A model generated the notes under the pieces. The model had not been told where the DNA came from. It did not search any database and was given only the letters and a program-made list of their open reading frames with translations. This document shows positions 62,551 to 64,000 of a stretch of 64,000 nt of DNA, one piece after another; position 1 is the first letter of the stretch, and the number at the start of each line of letters is the position of its first letter. The DNA is taken from positions 69,843 through 133,842 of the forward strand of contig CAVQSP010000004.1 of NCBI GenBank assembly GCA_963715985.1, in the 5' to 3' direction. Source of the DNA: an uncultured Thermoleophilia bacterium. Lineage in GTDB: Bacteria > Actinomycetota > Thermoleophilia > UBA2241. Both the position numbers and the translations under genes were made by a program.

Positions 62551-63272
62551 ATGGCTCAGCAGTCCATCCTCGGCCGCATCACCCAGCTTGCGCGCGCCAA
62601 CATCAACGCCCTCATCGATTCCGCCGAGGACCCGCAGAAGATGCTCGACCAGATGGTCCGTGATTACACCGGCAGCATCTCGGAGGCCGAGGAGGCCGTG
62701 GCGCAGAGCATCGGCAACCTGCGCATGATGGAGGCCGACGCGCAGGAGGCGGAGGAGGCTGCCGGCGACTGGGGCAACAAGGCGGCGGCCGCTGCAGCCA
62801 AGGCCGACCAGTTGCGCGCGGCAGGGAGCACCGCCGAGGCCGACAGGTTCGACAACCTGGCCCGCGTGGCGCTCAAGCGGCAGATCGACTTCGAGGGCCA
62901 GGCCAAGGACCTCAGCGCGTCGATCGCGCAGCAGGCGGCCGTGGTCGAGAAGCTGAAGACGGGCCTCAACTCGATGGCGGGGAAGCTCGAGGAGCTGAAG
63001 AACAAGCGCGACGAGCTCGTGGCTCGGGCGAAGATGGCCGAGGCCCAGAACCAGGTGCACGACGCTCTGAAGAGCATCGACGTGGCGACCCGACCAGCGA
63101 GATCGCCGCTTCGAGGAGAAGGTCCGGCGCGAGGAGGCCAAGGTCGCGGGGCAGGCCGGCTGGCGGCGTCATCGCTGGACGCGCAGTTCGAGGCCTCGAC
63201 GGACTGGCCGAGGACGCCGAGGTCGAGGCGCGCCTGGCGGCGCTCAAGAAGCCGGCGGGCGGGCCCGCCTGA
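62551..63272 (+). CDS. pspA: PspA/IM30 family protein (3' frameshifts)
   Basis: SILGRITQLARANINALIDSAEDPQKMLDQMVRD, SLDAQF, EVEARLAALK. Confidence 0.85.
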
Positions 63273-63377
63273 GACGGGCGGGCGAACGCGGGCGTGGCGG
63301 GCTTGCCTTCGGCGGCCCGCCGCACCGTCCCTTCGCAGGGCGAATGACCCGCTCACCCGGCAGCTGAGAGACCGGCA

Positions 63378-64000
63378 GTGGACGTCCTCTCCGGGATCAC
63401 GCTGGCCGCCCCCGCCGGCGTCAACGCCTACATCCCGCTGCTGGCGGTGGCCGTTGCCGAGCGCTTGGGCTGGCTCCACCTGGAACGCGCCCTACGACGT
63501 GCTGGGCTCGTGGTGGGTCATCGCCATCATCGCCGTGCTGCTCGGGCGGTGGAGGTCGTGGCCGACAAGGTACCGGCGGTCGACCACATCAACGACGTGA
63601 TCCAGACCGTGGTTCGGCCGGCCGCCGGCGGGCTGCTGGCCGTGTCGGCGTCCGGAGAGGGCACGCTCAGCCCGGTGGTGCTGGTGGTGGCCGGCGTGCT
63701 CATCGCCGGCGGCGTGCACGCCGTAGAAAGCCTCTGCTCGCCCTGTTGTAAACGTCTCCACGGCAGGTACCGGCGCGCCGGTGGTCTCCACCCTGGAGGA
63801 CATCGGCGCGGCGATGATGACCGTGCTCGCCCTGCTCGTGCCGGTCCTCGCCGCCGTTCTCATCATCGCCATTGTCGTGCTAGCCATCGTCCTCATCCGG
63901 CGCTGGAAGCAGCGCTGCGCCCGCGCCCGGATGTGGGGCCAGCGGCGGCGCGGCGCACCAGCCTGTGGCCGTCTCGTCGGCCTGAGCGCGGGCCCCGTAC
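63378..64000 (+). CDS. DUF4126 domain membrane protein (frameshifted; end uncertain)
   Basis: LAAPAGVNAYIPLL, EVVADKVPAVDHIND, RPAAG, APVVSTLED across frames. Confidence 0.72.
   Translation, partial: MDVLSGITLAAPAGVNAYIPLLAVAVAERLGWLHLERALRRAGLVVGHRHHRRAARAVEVVADKVPAVDHINDVIQTVVRPAAGGLLAVSASGEGTLSPVVLVVAGVLIAGGVHAVESLCSPCCKRLHGRYRRAGGLHPGGHRRGDDDRARPARAGPRRRSHHRHCRASHRPHPALEAALRPRPDVGPAAARRTSLWPSRRPERGPR

Overview
High-GC bacterial window; gene content and SBP signal-peptide style suggest an anaerobic actinobacterium such as Thermoleophilia (inference only). It carries many single-base frameshifts that look like uncorrected long-read errors. Bases 1-48340 form a large, mostly + strand amine/aldehyde catabolic island. 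It holds two Dpp/Opp-type ABC systems, a non-pyrrolysine MttB methyltransferase, a secreted lipase, a nitrilase-family amidase, an ADP-forming acyl-CoA ligase, an SDR, a BKACE, a 3-hydroxyacyl-CoA dehydrogenase, a HisD-like dehydrogenase, an atypical SdhA-like flavoprotein with a 2Fe-2S partner, three MoaD+AOR pairs and two near-identical class III aminotransferases. The most notable unit is an operon of aminotransferase - archaeal-type GAPDH - MoaD - AOR - PGK - cysteine hydrolase - LarA. It has a sister copy in which GAPDH and PGK survive only as deletion scars. A fixed-spacing promoter module (CACCCGAAYGGGTGA, +32 GGGTG, +60 -10-like hexamer) occurs 7 times across the island, including next to a GAF histidine kinase/NarL-type regulator pair, which suggests a local regulon. 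An IS5-family element with a CTAG duplication splits one such promoter from its gene. Bases 48.4-64 kb hold housekeeping/stress genes: cls, gadB, fasciclin, DMT exporters, an HTH-MNT/HEPN toxin-antitoxin pair and TPM-PspA-DUF4126.
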